64,000 nt of DNA, taken from NCBI GenBank assembly GCA_037447605.1, contig CM074808.1, forward strand, positions 3,348,001 to 3,412,000, written 5' to 3'. The position numbers and the translations under genes are program-made. Of this stretch, positions 63,038 to 64,000 are shown in pieces. This DNA is from Zygnema circumcarinatum SAG 698-1b (lineage: Eukaryota; Plantae; Zygnematophyceae). The stretch's first letter is position 1, and each line of letters starts with the position of its first letter. The notes beneath the pieces were generated by a model. That model saw only the letters and a list, made by a program, of their open reading frames with translations. It had not been told where the DNA came from and ran no database searches.

Positions 63038-63294
63038 ATGGCGGAGGCTGGGATATCGTCTGCTCTGCCTAAGGAAGGGACGCTCAGTGCAGAAAACTAC
63101 CGGAAGATGAAAGCGAAGGAGTGTGTGAATGGTATGTCTGAGCTCCTTCTGCATATGATGCTTGAAAGAATGAAGGGCAGGAAATGAACGAGGTGGTTCA
63201 CCATTGGCCATTTTTTGGGGTTTGTTGGTGCTTTTGGGGTTGTTTTGAGGATCTGGCAGCATTTGAAGCGCGTACTGGAATGATGCTCTCGTAG
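63038..63294 (+). CDS. Possible 42-aa spliced small ORF or uORF
   Basis: Exons 63038-63131 and 63260-63294 (G|GTATGT...GGCAG|) give MAEAGISSALPKEGTLSAENYRKMKAKECVNAFEARTGMMLS. No family recognised. Confidence 0.25.
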
Positions 63295-64000
63295 TGGAAT
63301 TTTATTAAATTGGAGCCATGCAATCAATGCAGGGACTATTGTCCATTCCATTGGTGAACTCTCGGGTTTCCGTGTTAAAGCAGAAGCTTGAAATAGTATT
63401 CACTTTGGTCCACACGTAATCTTGTCTTGTTCTCGGCGAGTTCTCTCCTCCCCTTGTAGAATTCCGAAAATGTCATGGTTCATTCCTCGCCACTTCCAGT
63501 TTCTTGATTTTGTCTAGTCAATCACAAATTTTCTCCTTTTCCTTTGTGCAAAGGTGTGGTTTCGTGGGACGTGAATAAAACGTCATGCCTGTTATGCCGG
63601 AGATTATTTTTCGTTTGTACTTGCTATTGTGTATTTACTTCTGTTCTTTAGTTTTCTTTGGTTTGTGTTCGTTTGCTAACATTTTTAAAGGGGATTGGAG
63701 GGTGCTTTATAAACAGCTGGAGTTGCTGCAGGGACGCGGGCGGCAATTATTGGAGCTATCGCCTTCGCTATTCCCACGGTAGGGATTTTTGTTTTTTCAT
63801 CCTCATCTAGGAAATGTAGTAATGTAAGATAACCTCAAACTTCACTGTACCTTTCACTGGTAGTGGAAGATTTCTGTCAAGCCTCAAACGAAGTCGAATG
63901 TTTGTCTGTCTGCACATTTTTTTCGTTATGACTAGTTTTTGGTTTTCCCCAAGTTTTCAGTGCACGCACGGGTTGGAATTTTTTACTGAATTTGAAGTGG

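Overview
Eukaryotic nuclear DNA with GT-AG introns, most likely a streptophyte green alga or early-diverging plant (inference from gene content; the species cannot be determined from the sequence). About 14 spliced genes can be reconstructed: a malectin-like+LRR receptor kinase with a CrRLK1L-type kinase, two inverted copies of a secreted two-domain (SerPro3)n cell-wall glycoprotein, APS kinase, an ISS1/VAS1-like aminotransferase, an FtsJ/CMTR-like cap 2'-O-methyltransferase, an At4g18490-like protein, an OXS3-like protein, Borealin, an ArfGAP, uracil-DNA glycosylase and a few uncharacterised ORFs. The main structural discovery is that 9496-13652 is an inverted and circularly permuted copy of 33843-39360 (donor order X-Y-Z, copy order Z-X-Y). 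It is flanked by an 8-bp direct repeat (GCATACGG) and has a (GAAA)n tail, which fits duplication through a circular DNA intermediate. The duplicated glycoprotein shows a diverging N-terminal domain but a homogenised C-terminal domain. Other unexplained structure includes tandem duplications anchored on 5' splice sites, a dispersed hairpin motif family, a palindrome-built minisatellite, GTAC and G-box arrays, a MITE and a nested LTR remnant. All gene models and alignments were made by eye, without database searches.
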